Assembly (NCBI GenBank): GCA_965153455.1 | Contig: OZ234494.1 | Span: 2,542,001-2,606,000, forward strand | Length of the DNA stretch: 64,000 nt | From: Sphagnum compactum | Taxonomy: Eukaryota | Direction: 5' to 3' | Shown here: positions 18,842-30,928 of the stretch, one piece after another | Layout: each line of letters starts with the position of its first letter | Position numbering within the stretch: the first letter of the stretch is position 1 | Position numbers and translations under genes: made by a program | Notes under the pieces: generated by a model | What the model saw: only the letters and a program-made list of their open reading frames with translations | Databases searched by the model: none | What the model was told of the DNA's origin: nothing

Positions 18842-20701
18842 TCAACTCCGGAACTGATTCACCATCAAGCTTGGCCAAAGAAGTAGGAGCACAGATAACC
18901 CACAAACTGACAGTGTGACCCACCCAAAGCTGAATGGCATGGGAGGACTAAAACCGGTGGAGCCTGTTGCTATATCCATGGCAGTAATGGCAACGGTTTC
19001 AACATCAGAAGCACTGCAGTTGGCACCAGCAAAAGTTGCATTTCCTGAGTTTTTGAAGGCTTCAATGCAACTTCTCAAGTTTGAGTTGCATGTCGTATTC
19101 AAATAGTTTGCTGCAGTTCACAGACAAGGGAATAGAATTCAAGTTTTAGTATTCAAGTATAAATCACGCTCTGCAATGTGTTTTGATGTTGCACTTGTGC
19201 TCTGTGTAGACAGTCCCCTCTTCCAACATTCAAACTTTGCCCCACCTAAACCTTTAGCAGTTCCATCCCCAAACCCTCAAACCCACCCCCACCCCCCAAA
19301 ACCCCGCCTTTTTGGGCTCGGTTTCCATTTTCCAAACATAGGGTTTCTAGTATGAAGTTCAGGATCAAAAATAGGTCACACAAGACTGAATCGCAGGCTC
19401 AAGTTCAGAACTCTCCAACCCCTTTAATCATCTATGAGCTTCTCAAATTAGGTCAACTAGCCATCAACTCTTTGATCTTGTTTGTCAAACTTGACCAATC
19501 TGGATGAATTTCATGGCCAGAAGTACCAGTCATTGTAGTGAGATGGTGAATTAACAAACTCTGGTGGGAAATATTTGTCGGAGGAGAAATTTATCAAGAA
19601 GTGGGGATTGAGGAACAGTTGACGTACTAAGCTGAGAACCAATACATTGGTCATGCACCATGCAGCATCTATCAAGTCCGTCACAGGGAACTGCACCAGG
19701 ACATCCAGTGTATCCAACCCCACAGTACTTCCCATACCGCAAATCAAAAGGATCTGAAGATGATTGCCATACAGCATTAGTTCGGAACACCGTCCAGTCT
19801 ACACCATCTTCATAAAGTTCAAGGTGAAAAACAAGGGTTCTAAAAACCAAGCTCAAATTATGCAGAACATCAGTACACAAATAATGCTGGTTCAATCTTG
19901 GTTCCATGCTATAATTGCTCTTGACAATATCACCTAGAGCTGCACAATTGTCCACTACAGTACATGACACACATGAATATCACAGAGAAAGAGGGTCTAA
20001 CCATCACAATTTTGAGACTCGCATGTATTGCTACATCTCTGCCATGTAAGAAAGCCAGCCAGCCAGCCACCATCAACCATTAAGCTGTGAGTACTTAATC
20101 ACTGACACAGTCCTTAATCACGAGTCCACAGATTGTCAACAGCAAAGAAAACCCTAGGGTAATCATGTCCAAACAATTCTCTCTGTAGAATAATCTTGCA
20201 GCTGCCGAGAGATCATTTCAATCAGTAAAACAATTCTAGAAAGTACTCCCGCTTAGCTTTTGCAGCAGACTTCAATCAGTAGTACAACTGATGTCTACCT
20301 AGACTATATCTAACATAAAACCTAATCGACTGAGTTCCATCAAACTGAAGAAAAAAAACGACACAAACGTCACAAATCCATGAAAAACTATGTACCAATT
20401 TTGCGTTGCATGCATATGTACATTATGGGAGGAAGAGCTTTAAAAAAGTTCAAACTGCCGGAACTAGAGCGGACGTAGTGAGGATCAGGGAATTTGGTAA
20501 AGGAAAAACAAAAAAATTACGTACGCTGACAGTGGTGTTCAGGATAAGCGCCGAAGAGGAAGTGCAAAACGAGAGCAGAAGAAGAAGAAGAAGAAGAAAC
20601 TGTTGTTGAAGGACTGTAATAGACAGCAGCGTCAGTGGAAAAATAGTAATATTAGAGCCACGAGCATCATCACCTCCTCCGCGAATTATCCGTGCCGCCA
20701 T
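18842..20701 (-). CDS. Secretory phospholipase A2 (plant group XI) with C-terminal hydrophobic extension
   Basis: Exons 20701-20525 (signal peptide with poly-Leu), 20038-20002 (RCSNTCESQNCD), 19753-19628 (Ca2+ loop YGKYCGVGYTGC and catalytic DRCCMVHDQC) and 19110-18842 (TNYLNTTC..TGA). All junctions are GT-AG and phase-compatible. The mature domain has the 12 Cys typical of plant sPLA2. Confidence 0.92.
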
Positions 20702-22264
20702 GGCCACAGCAAAGCCAGCGAGAAAGGAAATGACGGTGATGGCGCTTCTCTCTCTCTGTCTCTGTGTGTCTGTCTCTCTCTCGAACAACGACAAGCATTA
20801 TGCTTGCTCTCGGTACTTGCACCAGCGAGGACTGAAAATTTCGAATTTCGATTAATTAATTAACAAGACATATTATTCAGGCTAAGGAATGGCTTGAAAA
20901 TGCAAAGGAAAAAAAGTGCCGATGCATTACAACAATATGAAAAAATATGTTTACAGCTAAATTATTGACTTCATTTCGAAGTTGAGATAATCAAAGTAAG
21001 GAGATGTAAAATGAAAAATGTTGTATGAAGTTTTCTAATAATAGAAGAAGACACATATCAAAAGAAACTCACATGAAGTGATGGTAAGAAGTAAGAAGAA
21101 AATGAAAAAACCTTAAGAGGAAATGAAAGAACTATGTATGCATGGTGTTGAAAATTGTTTGTTTAGGACCATGATATTGTATTTTTTAACATCTGTTGTT
21201 GTATGTGTATAAAGAGTTGTGGTTGTGTCGATGTGGGATGGTATATTTTGACTTTATATGAAATGTTATTGTAGAACTTTATTAATGTCTACAGTGTTTG
21301 GCTTTTTGATTAGTATGATGTTCAAAAATTGAAAGTATTCAGGATCTGTGGCATGACACATGGAGATGGATAAAAAGTGGTGGTGCTATTTCCCAAGATG
21401 GCACAAAATTGATGTGGCAAGGTATAAAAATAATGATATTTTATACAAACTCTGCCACATCAAATTTGACAGGTGCAACATGTTATGCATTGTTGATAAA
21501 CATTGTTCAACTGGGTTGCACTATTAGGCCCAGAAAGGGCATCGAACAGTGCTCCATGGAGGGTTATTTCGTGTCTTGCGAGAGATATGGAAGGGAGGGG
21601 GAATGGGGGAGAAAAAACAAGAAATGGAGGGGGATACAAGAGCAAAGACACTAGAGAAAAAAAACATGTTCAATTTTACTTGGTGCCATTACAACTATTT
21701 TTGCTATCACCCTGATGTCCCGGTTTGAAAACCTTGATTGGGACCTCAAATAAAGACGACTAACATGGCTTCACCACCACTTAGAAGCTTTGGAAATCTC
21801 ACAAAGCCTCCTCTTCAATAATTAATTAATCAATTTAATTTTAAGGAAATTTTAAAGGTTTCATGCAAGGAAGGATATCCACATGGCATACCTTGCATGG
21901 ATAATATTCGTAGTTTACATGCTTGACACGTAAGTAAAAAGTGATATGTTTGGATTTGGATCTCCCTAGACATTGAGATTTGGTGACATGTAGGCATTGG
22001 CTAAGAGAGTTTGAGGCTAATGTTGGTTTGAAATGTATGCCATGTGATGGTTTCAAAGAAAAAAGAATAGTCCTGAGTTCACATTTGTACAAGGGAAAAT
22101 GGAAATTATATTTAGTGGGAATTTGTCATAATACTCCAAATGGGAAATTAAAATATCTTTTGCAAACCTTGTTATATAAAAGACATTATTAATGACACTA
22201 GAAATAACCCATAAATTTGAAACAAAAAATTAAACAAATTGTTATGAAATTTTTTATCTGTTGG

Positions 22265-22580
22265 AATAAGGGGTGTGGACATTGTGGCCTTGCCATTTAC
22301 ATTAAAAAGTATCTTAAAGCACAAAAGGTATTATGGAAACTCAAATATTTCACCATGCGAAATACAATCTTCAAAAAATCCTCTAAAATAAATCAAAATC
22401 CTTTAAGATATTATAACTCTATAACTAATCTCAAGTTTCAACACAAGCCAAAAGATCATCTTTCAAAAACCTTCATATAAAAATAGACCTATTACTTAGG
22501 GGCCAAGATCCTTTAAGTTACTATACCTTATAAGGAATCTAAACACAATATCCTTGCCTTGGTAGGCAAGGCCAACAAAA
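22265..22580 (+). repeat. Dispersed ~320-bp repeat; second copy inverted at ~45720-46045
   Basis: gggtgtggacattgtggccttgccatttacatt..ggaaactcaaatattt..aaacacaatatccttgcc aligns by eye with the reverse complement of 45720-46045. Confidence 0.85.
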
Positions 22581-24439
22581 TGAAAATGCAAGATAATCCA
22601 TTTTGTAGTTTGTGATACCATATCCATGTCATTGAAGTTTGGCGGTGAATAATTCTCAAAAGGGCAAGTTAGAAAAAGAAAACAAAAAGATTGGAAAATT
22701 TTACTTTACCATGGTTTTAGGCCGTTACTTACGCATTTCCTCCCTTTTCTTTGACCTATAAATTACAACCGCACATCTCAATGTCACAAGTCTTCCACAC
22801 ATTCATTGCCATAAGCTCTGCGCTCTTCAAAGGACAAACCCCAAAACTCGTCTTTTCACGATGAAAGTGCTGACAACAATTCTGTGCGCAACATAACGCA
22901 AAACTCACATTCCGAATAGACTCTTGGGATAGCATCTTATCAATCCTTGACATTGATCGATCAGAATGTCCAACATTGCGCTTCTTCTTTTGAAAAGTAT
23001 ATTGCTTCTTCTTTATGGGTGTTTCACAATCAAACAAGCCAAAAAGTGCGTCAGGCGACCGCCAAAACTGTATAAAAACTGTAATTTTGTTAAATATATA
23101 TTTTGGTGCCACTTTCATGCCATGTTAATCGTGGAATGTAGTGCTAAATGACTAATATGAATGTGTTAATGTTTAACATTTAATCATGATTTTTTTCATT
23201 GATTTATTAACTATTAATTATTAATTGGTACACGATTTATTTAATTATTATAAATTAATTAATTAAAATGAATAATTTAGTATTAATCTGAATTCATTAG
23301 TATAATCCAGATAATTAATTTTGTAATAATAAATTATTTGAAATCAAATAATAATTTATCAAATAATCTAAACAATCCATTTGGGAATCCATATGATTAA
23401 TTATCTGAACTTAATCTAAATTCAAATCCTTAACTATCTAATAATGAATGAATGAATTATTGAAATTAGACTAATTAATTCAAAAAATTCAAATTATTAT
23501 TTTAAATAATTTATTCACATATATAATTATCAAATAATTAAGCATTTAAATTTATAAAATTTAAAATAAACACAAAGAATGTGGGAAAACCTTTTTGTAA
23601 TTGCAATCCAATTTGCAACTAATGTGCAATTAAAAGTTTTGTCCTTCAATTTCATCTCAGAAACTATATAAAAAAGGTGTCTTCTCTTGTGTGTTCACAT
23701 TAAAATACATGTATCAATTTTGGATGAGCTCAAAAAGTTTAACCCTAAAAACAAAACATAAAATAAAATAAAAATATTTTACATGGTTACTTTTTAATTC
23801 ACCTGCCCTTCTACCTTCCTACCTACTTGCCTACTTAGGCAAGTATGTTGCTAGTCCTACTTTTCTACCTACTTATTTAGGTAGGTATGTAAGTATGTCC
23901 TACTTACTTAGTTTTACCTACCTACCCATGCCTATGCATTGATGTACTTAGTTACCTATATATACATTTCAAAATTCAATTAATATGTCACGTGACAACT
24001 TTTGACTATGCCATGTGTCACATTCTAAAACCATATAAATGAATAATCATAATGGATGGTGGAGATTAATATTTCAAAAAAAAAAAACCAAAAAATCCCT
24101 ATAGTGTCACATGTCAAATTTTGATGGGTTGATGAAAAATGACATTAGCATGATGTTACAATGGTAGTTGCAAATTAGTTGCATTAGAGTTACACAATAG
24201 TTGTTTCTACATAGTTGTAATTACATATGTATGCAATTTCACACACAATGAGGTGTATTTGTGGTAACTCATATAACTTGTTTGATAACACTCATGTCCA
24301 TAGAAATACGTTGAGTTGCAATGAGTTGCAAATGAGTTGCAAATGGTCATTGCAACTCAAAAACCAAGTTGTAGGACTAGTTGGAAATCACCTCAATTTT
24401 TCATAATGATTTTGGAAAAGGCAAACTACTAAATTTAAA

Positions 24440-24850
24440 GGTTCAAAATGGTTCCACATCACTATTTACTTTGACATAGGTAGATAAAGACCTTTTGCAA
24501 GTAATCAAAAGTAGTTAGCTACAAGGTGTATGTCCTAAGAAAGGGTGTTTTGCAAATGACAGACTATTGAGTTCAATTGGTTTGTGGTTTCATATAATAA
24601 TTTACTTTCACATAAGCAATTAAGGACCTTTTGCAAGCACTTCGGATCAACTACAAGGAGTTGGTCCTGAAGAGGAATACTTTGCAAATGATAGGTTATT
24701 AAGATTAAGCGTTTAAAGTGGTTTCACATCATGTTACTTAATTTTATAGAAATGGAAATTTTGAAAATACTTGGGTTGAGTTATAAGGTATTGGTCTTAC
24801 ATTGATGTGCTTTGGAGATGATCAAATATTGCATCCAAGTAGTATTCTTG
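24440..24850. repeat. Diverged tandem repeat, about 3 copies of ~135 bp
   Basis: Recurring blocks tggtt(t/c)cacat, gaccttttgcaag, ctacaagg..gtcct and ttgcaaatga. Confidence 0.6.
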
Positions 24851-25166
24851 ATTTGAGGACAACAAAACTTCAAATTACACAAGAGCAAAACTAGTTGTTT
24901 GAACAATCAAATGTTTGAATGAAACCAAGGTCATTTAGGCATAAGAATTTCATAAATGCCATTTTGAGTTCCAATTTTAGTCCAAAGAAGAAACCACAAA
25001 TTCAATAATTAATCAAGCATAACATAATCCAAGAAATTGGAAAAATGTACCTTGGATTACAATAACACTAAATTGTCTACATGTATCATAGTTGTTTGGA
25101 ATTTGAACTTTTGGAAATTAGAAAGTCTTGTTTATCCCCTATGTCAAAATTCGCAAATGTGAATAT

Positions 25167-26530
25167 AGGTGCAAATGAAATATAATGAGCCAACAACGTT
25201 AGTTTTAAGAAAAACTACATGCCATTTTGCCCAAAAACAACTTTTTCATATAAATGATTTTTCGAACATTTGTTTTTGCAAATTTTTATAATAAATGCTT
25301 ATAATTGTCCAAGTACATGAATTGTTTTCAAAAAATTGGAAATTACTAATCTTCCAACACAATATTAAATATAGATTGATTTTTAACCATTGTATTTTGA
25401 AGATATAAAATTTGTCTTAAAAAAACTATAGGAATCAAATTAGAATTCAACCAAAACTCCATCATAGCATACAAATCTGCATAGTTATAACTCTGTACTA
25501 ATTTTTTAACAAACTCCAATTATCATATCAATGGGAAAAAAAGAAACAAATTATGGAAAAAAAACCACAGCAACAAAACATATTAAAATAATGTTGTTTT
25601 TCCTCATCAAAAACTAAAAATTCTTTTTTCCTTGAGTTTTTTTTTCTTTATCTTTTCAAAAAATCCAAAACTCAAAATTCCCCACTTTTCATCCTCACAA
25701 TGTCCTTAGATTAACTCAATTCTCCCACCATAAACCAATTTGAACTTAATCTTAGTAGTCCTAATCCTACTTAATCATCCCTTATTTCTGTCCACCCTAC
25801 CACTTACTAGGACCACCTTTGTCCAATTTGTTTAATAGGGACAATGTGTAGTTCTTGTTCACTACTTTCATTTAGTCTATCCAACAAAGATAGTACAGTT
25901 CTACCCTTAACAAAAATAATTTTTGAATAAATATGAATTTTTGAAAGTGTGCCGATTCTTGTGTAAATTTGGTGTTTTGTCTTTAAAAATGATAACAAAT
26001 TCAAATGATAACCAAAAATCAAAATTTTAAATTTTTATGTTTTCTTGTATAATAAACTATAAATTTTCTTAACACATCATGTATATTACACCTCATTTAT
26101 ATGTGGTAAAAGACTTTTGAAAATTTAAAAGTTTGGATCAATTTTGGAAAGTTTTTTGAATTTTTAAAGTTTTAGAATTCCACATATTCTAGGGTATGAG
26201 TGCTTTCTAAATGCAGGTTTTTTATCTTCTTAATTTTTTCACATCAATTTTTTTAAATTATATGAATCCTTTTGATAGTCCGTTGAAAAATTGATTCCTT
26301 CTGATGTAATATGTGTTCATTTTTAAAGGTCCTAAATTGAAACTTAAACTTAAAATTTTATCAAATGAATTATTGGTTTGAAGTCCTTGACATTCATGTG
26401 ATTGGAAAAAAAACAACTTGCTATGATTACCATGGTTTTAAATGATAAAACACAAATACTTTTCCAATTTTGATTGTTTGTTTTCATCGTCCGATGCCAT
26501 TTTTAGTTTGTTTGATTGTGATTACACCCA
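25167..26530 (-). mobile_element. AT-rich MITE-like element, homologous to the insertion at ~35860-36630
   Basis: 25167-25320 and 25915-26400 match the reverse complement of 35860-36630. Ends are TAGGTGCAAA and GATTGTGATTACACCCA. About 600 bp of extra sequence lies at ~25320-25915. A further diverged copy in the opposite orientation starts near 26668. Confidence 0.6.
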
Positions 26531-27504
26531 TTTATTAGTTGGTTCAAATTTTGTATTTATTTGTCATTCCATTCAATTTTTGTCTTTCCTTGACTACTAC
26601 CATTGCGATTACGGGGTAAAGGTTGGGTTTACAATGATTGAATTAAAACAATCTTTTCTTGGGATTTGGGTGTGATCATAACCAAACGAGCCGAAAACCA
26701 TGTTAAACGATCGAAAAACTATCAATTTATTCAAACATATTTATGTAATGCCATTATAATGTCAACTTGATTAAGGAAATTTGTGCTAAATGATTTATGT
26801 GAGTGTTGAAAAATTGTTTTTTAATAAATTGAGTTTTGGTTTTAGTAAAGGACTTTTGAACTTTAACACCCAAAAATGAGTTTTATAAAACATTCGACTA
26901 AGGACTTTTTTAATAAACAAATATTGATGGGATTTTTTTTGAAATGATGATAACCTACCATTCACATATAAAAAGAATTCATAATTTAAAAATTGTGATA
27001 CTTGAAATTCTTAAAAATTCGAAATATAATTTTAAAATGTTCAAATGTCAAAAGTCATTTGCTAGATGTAAATGGGTGATAATGTGTATGACATATGAAC
27101 AAAGTTGTGGTTTATGATACAAAAACTTTAAAGCTTATTTTAGTAGTTATCATATTTTAGTATGGTTTGAAATTATAATTATTTTTCAAGAAAAAATGTA
27201 AAATTTGGTAAAATTTGTACACTTTTAAAAAATTCATATTTATTCAAAAACATTAACACAAATAATGTAATTTATTGGGGGAATTGAAAATATTTAAAAA
27301 AACATGTTGCAAAAAAAATCCTTCAAAAAACACTTTCTATGAAAATGTTAAAATGTCCACAAAGGGCCCATTTGTGATTGAGTCCTTAGTCACCGTTGGC
27401 ACATTTGATTGTGATTGCACCCATTTGGAATGTACACATGTATGAAAAGTAAAAAAATAGGCAAGTTATAATCTTTTAAATTCCTTCATAATAACATAAC
27501 AAAT

Positions 27505-27890
27505 ATCATCATTCATTTCCAAATAAGTTTGGTTACTTACCTTTATAATGCAATTCATATATTCTTTTAAATGGCTTGTGGTGGTGTGAAGAAAATGTCA
27601 TGATCGTCACTTTTCTCTTCACAATAGCATAATGAATAGCAACATTCACTTTCAAATAAGTTTGGTTACTTAACATTACAATGCATTTTGTATATTCTTT
27701 TAAATAGTTTTGTGGTGGCGTGAAGAATATTTCATGGTCATCATTTTCCTCTTCACAATAGCATAATGAATAACAACATTCATTTTCAAATAAGTTTGGT
27801 TATTTAACATTACAATGTAATTTGTATATTATTTTAAATAGTTTTGTGGTGGTGTGAAGAAAATGTCATGATCTTCATTTCCTTCTCCAT
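27505..27890. repeat. Tandem repeat, 3 copies of ~133-134 bp
   Basis: AAATAAGTTTGGTTA at 27521, 27654 and 27788, each followed by ..ttttaaat..gtggtgg(t/c)gtgaagaa. Confidence 0.9.
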
Positions 27891-30800
27891 CTTGTGCCTA
27901 CTTTTCATCAACATGTAATCTACCTAAAAGGCTGGGGTGCGTGACCTAGATGCACCTTAGCCCTTCAAACATTAATTACTACTTCCTTAAATTTTAGCAA
28001 CACATTAAAATTTGTAAACCAACAGAATATAGGAAATTGGGAAAACAAAGAACATTTGAATCATCAAAAGATTCATGGAACTTTTATTTATTTACCTCAT
28101 GGATTTTTGTAAATATTAGCAACTACAATGTTGTTTTGAATTTTGAATGTAATGATCATATTGTGTCCTCCTATTCATGTAGTCCAAAGCCTATCAACTT
28201 CATTTCCAAATTCCTCCTACTTTGTTTTTGCATATCATGCAACAAGAATCACACAAAGTATAAAGCTCTAATAACAGTACAAAATAATAGCTTTTACCAT
28301 TCTAAACCTAAAACCAACTCAAGAAATTGCATCAACTAGAAAAATGCAAAAAGTAAATGCATAAATATTCCAAGGTTTCTAATTACTTACCTCATGCAAC
28401 AAGTTCTAAATTTCAAAAGTTTTAAAGTACAAGTATGAAGTTTTGATGTATTTCAATAGATTTGTAGTGTTGACAAAACCACTTGGGGTTGATTCATCAA
28501 TTTGGTTCTTAGTTTAGAAAGTTCACTAATGAAAGTACAACATAGCAACGTCCACTTTCATGACAAAAAGTTCTCTCAACCAACAATGCCATTTTGCAAC
28601 AATATTTTAAGAAATTATGGTGGTTAGAGGAAAACAATTAAAGATAGATTTCAAGACAAACATTGCGGAAGGAAATCGAAATACTTTGTAGCAATAATCA
28701 CATGACCACAATAATGTACCATAACATTGTTCATGAGAGAAAACTTTTTGGAAGAAGAATACCACTTTGAAGCAACAATTCAAGAAACTTTGGTGAGGAG
28801 GAAGAAAAAAACAAAAACTTAGAGAAATAGGTCTTTACTTTGAGGCATTTGAAAATAACACTCAATGAGCTTCCCAAGCTTTCCTCTAGCAAAAAATAAA
28901 ATGCTTGTAGCTTGACCAAATAGACCTTCGAGCTTCCAAACCATGTTGCCAACAAAGATGATAACACGACCTTCATCAATCCTTCAATTCTTTAATTGAG
29001 TTCAAAGTGCAAGGTGCTCCTTCAAGGTTTCTACATTTGACTTTCAATGGTGGCAACAAGAAGGTTCAAAGAAAAGACTTCAACGAGTTTCAATGAAAAC
29101 AGCAAAGTAGCAAATTCCGAGAATTTTTTGGTGAAGACAACAACAATTACAAAATGATGACCTAGATTACATGGCCTAGGCTAGGCACAAGATTCATGTG
29201 CGAGACTAGGTCATAGACTAGTCAAGAAAATCCCTCATGAGCGGTTCTTTTTCCAAAAGATATAGGCTACATTGAGTACAAAAAAACATGTGTTGACTAA
29301 AAAAATTATAATCCTTGAAAACCACTTTAACCTTGATGCCCTTGGCTCCTTTTTATCACGTTTGTACCTTGACATTTGAATGTGATAATGCACATGTTAA
29401 TAAATTACACTAATATTAAGTTATGATAAGTATCACATTCATTAGAGTTACAAGTAAAGTCACCTTACTTTTGGGCCATGGTTTGACCTTCCAATTTCAC
29501 CTTCCACTTTGACTCTCCAAGCCCTGTTTCATTGCAATTTGAGAGTATTCATAAAGAGAGAGAAATTGGGTCCCCTTTCATGAACTGGGTGTGAGTTCAT
29601 GAGACTTGCAAGACCTTATTCTGACAAGGCTTTGTTTTAATGAAGACGAGCACCAGTCAAGGTGTCATGAACCATTCATTACTCCATCAAATATGGTTTT
29701 CTTTTAAACAATTGATGTTTGGTGAAAGTCTATTGTGTTGTTGCTTCAACTTGTGACCCCAAAAGAAATTGCAGTAATATATGAGCTTCTAAGGGCCTCT
29801 TTCCATTAGGCTGCTGAAGTCACAGTTACACACAATGTGCTGTGATCACAATACTAGCTTAATGGAAAGCCATTGACATAGGGCCTTGATTCTCGATGCA
29901 GGGACATCTACTTTCCATTGAAGAGCTGCAAGGGCATTGGAAAAATGTAGTTAATCGTGTTAGGAAATTTGGGAACACATGTTCTCATAATTAAAAGGAA
30001 AAAAAAGGATAGATGTCACTTTATGACGAGTCACATTTTGACTCTCATCAGCTCTCACAGCTCTTGCAATTGATCAATGCTAATTGGAAAAACATAATGA
30101 AAAATTGGAGTGATCAAAGAATATGTGATCATGGAAAGATGTCTTACCTGCTTACAAAATTTTCTAGAGCTAGAAACTAGAGAAAAAAAGAAACAAAAGC
30201 ACATTCCTCTGAAAAAAAAGGGACAAATGAGGCTTCATGAGTTCTTGGAGTTTCAGAGCCTGGAGAAGATCAAGCTCAGAAATCATGAATACCCAGAACT
30301 GGGTTTCCTGAAGATTTGCAGGATTCTTATTGTCTCTCCTGATTCCTACTTGAATACAGTGGTGAAAACCCCAGCACAAAGAAAGAAAGAAAGAAAGAAA
30401 AAATCATGCACCCAGGTGCAAGTCTAGACATTTGCATCAATACAGTGGAATTATGAAAATTCTAAGAACTGGATCTTACAAATCTGCCTGCCCAGTCTTG
30501 TCGAAACAGCTTGAGCATTGGCCAAAAGTTCTGTGCAATTTTGCTTAAATTGTGGAACTTGAAGTTCATGTCATATATATTTATAAAAATTAACTAACTG
30601 CGATTCTGTCATGTCCTTAATCAATGCCGAGAAGCTTGTGATCTAGTCGATATTCCAGTCTACGAATTTGCACCTGGGTCTCAAAATGCAGCGGAAAACT
30701 TCTAGTACATTGGCTCAGAAAAGCATAAAATGAGCCCCTAGAGAGAAATTAGCTGGGATCTGTAAGAAGGAGCTCTTGGACATGATTCCTTCCCTTGTCG

Positions 30801-30928
30801 GAAAATTGTGTAACTTGACCTCCAAGAATAGACTAAGAAAACGCAAATAACAGGGAATTGGGCAATTCGAATTAGCTGATCCTTCATGAAGAGCTGATCT
30901 CCGAATATGGTAGTTGCAGAGAATTCCT

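Noticed and set aside
20702..20794. Upstream in-frame extension of sPLA2 (ORF 20450-20794)
   Set aside because: It begins at a non-ATG codon and runs through GA-rich 5' UTR-type sequence; the ATG at 20701 is more plausible.
28500..29200. Coding-like composition suggesting a transposase or gene fragment
   Set aside because: No recognisable motif in any frame I read; too decayed to call.
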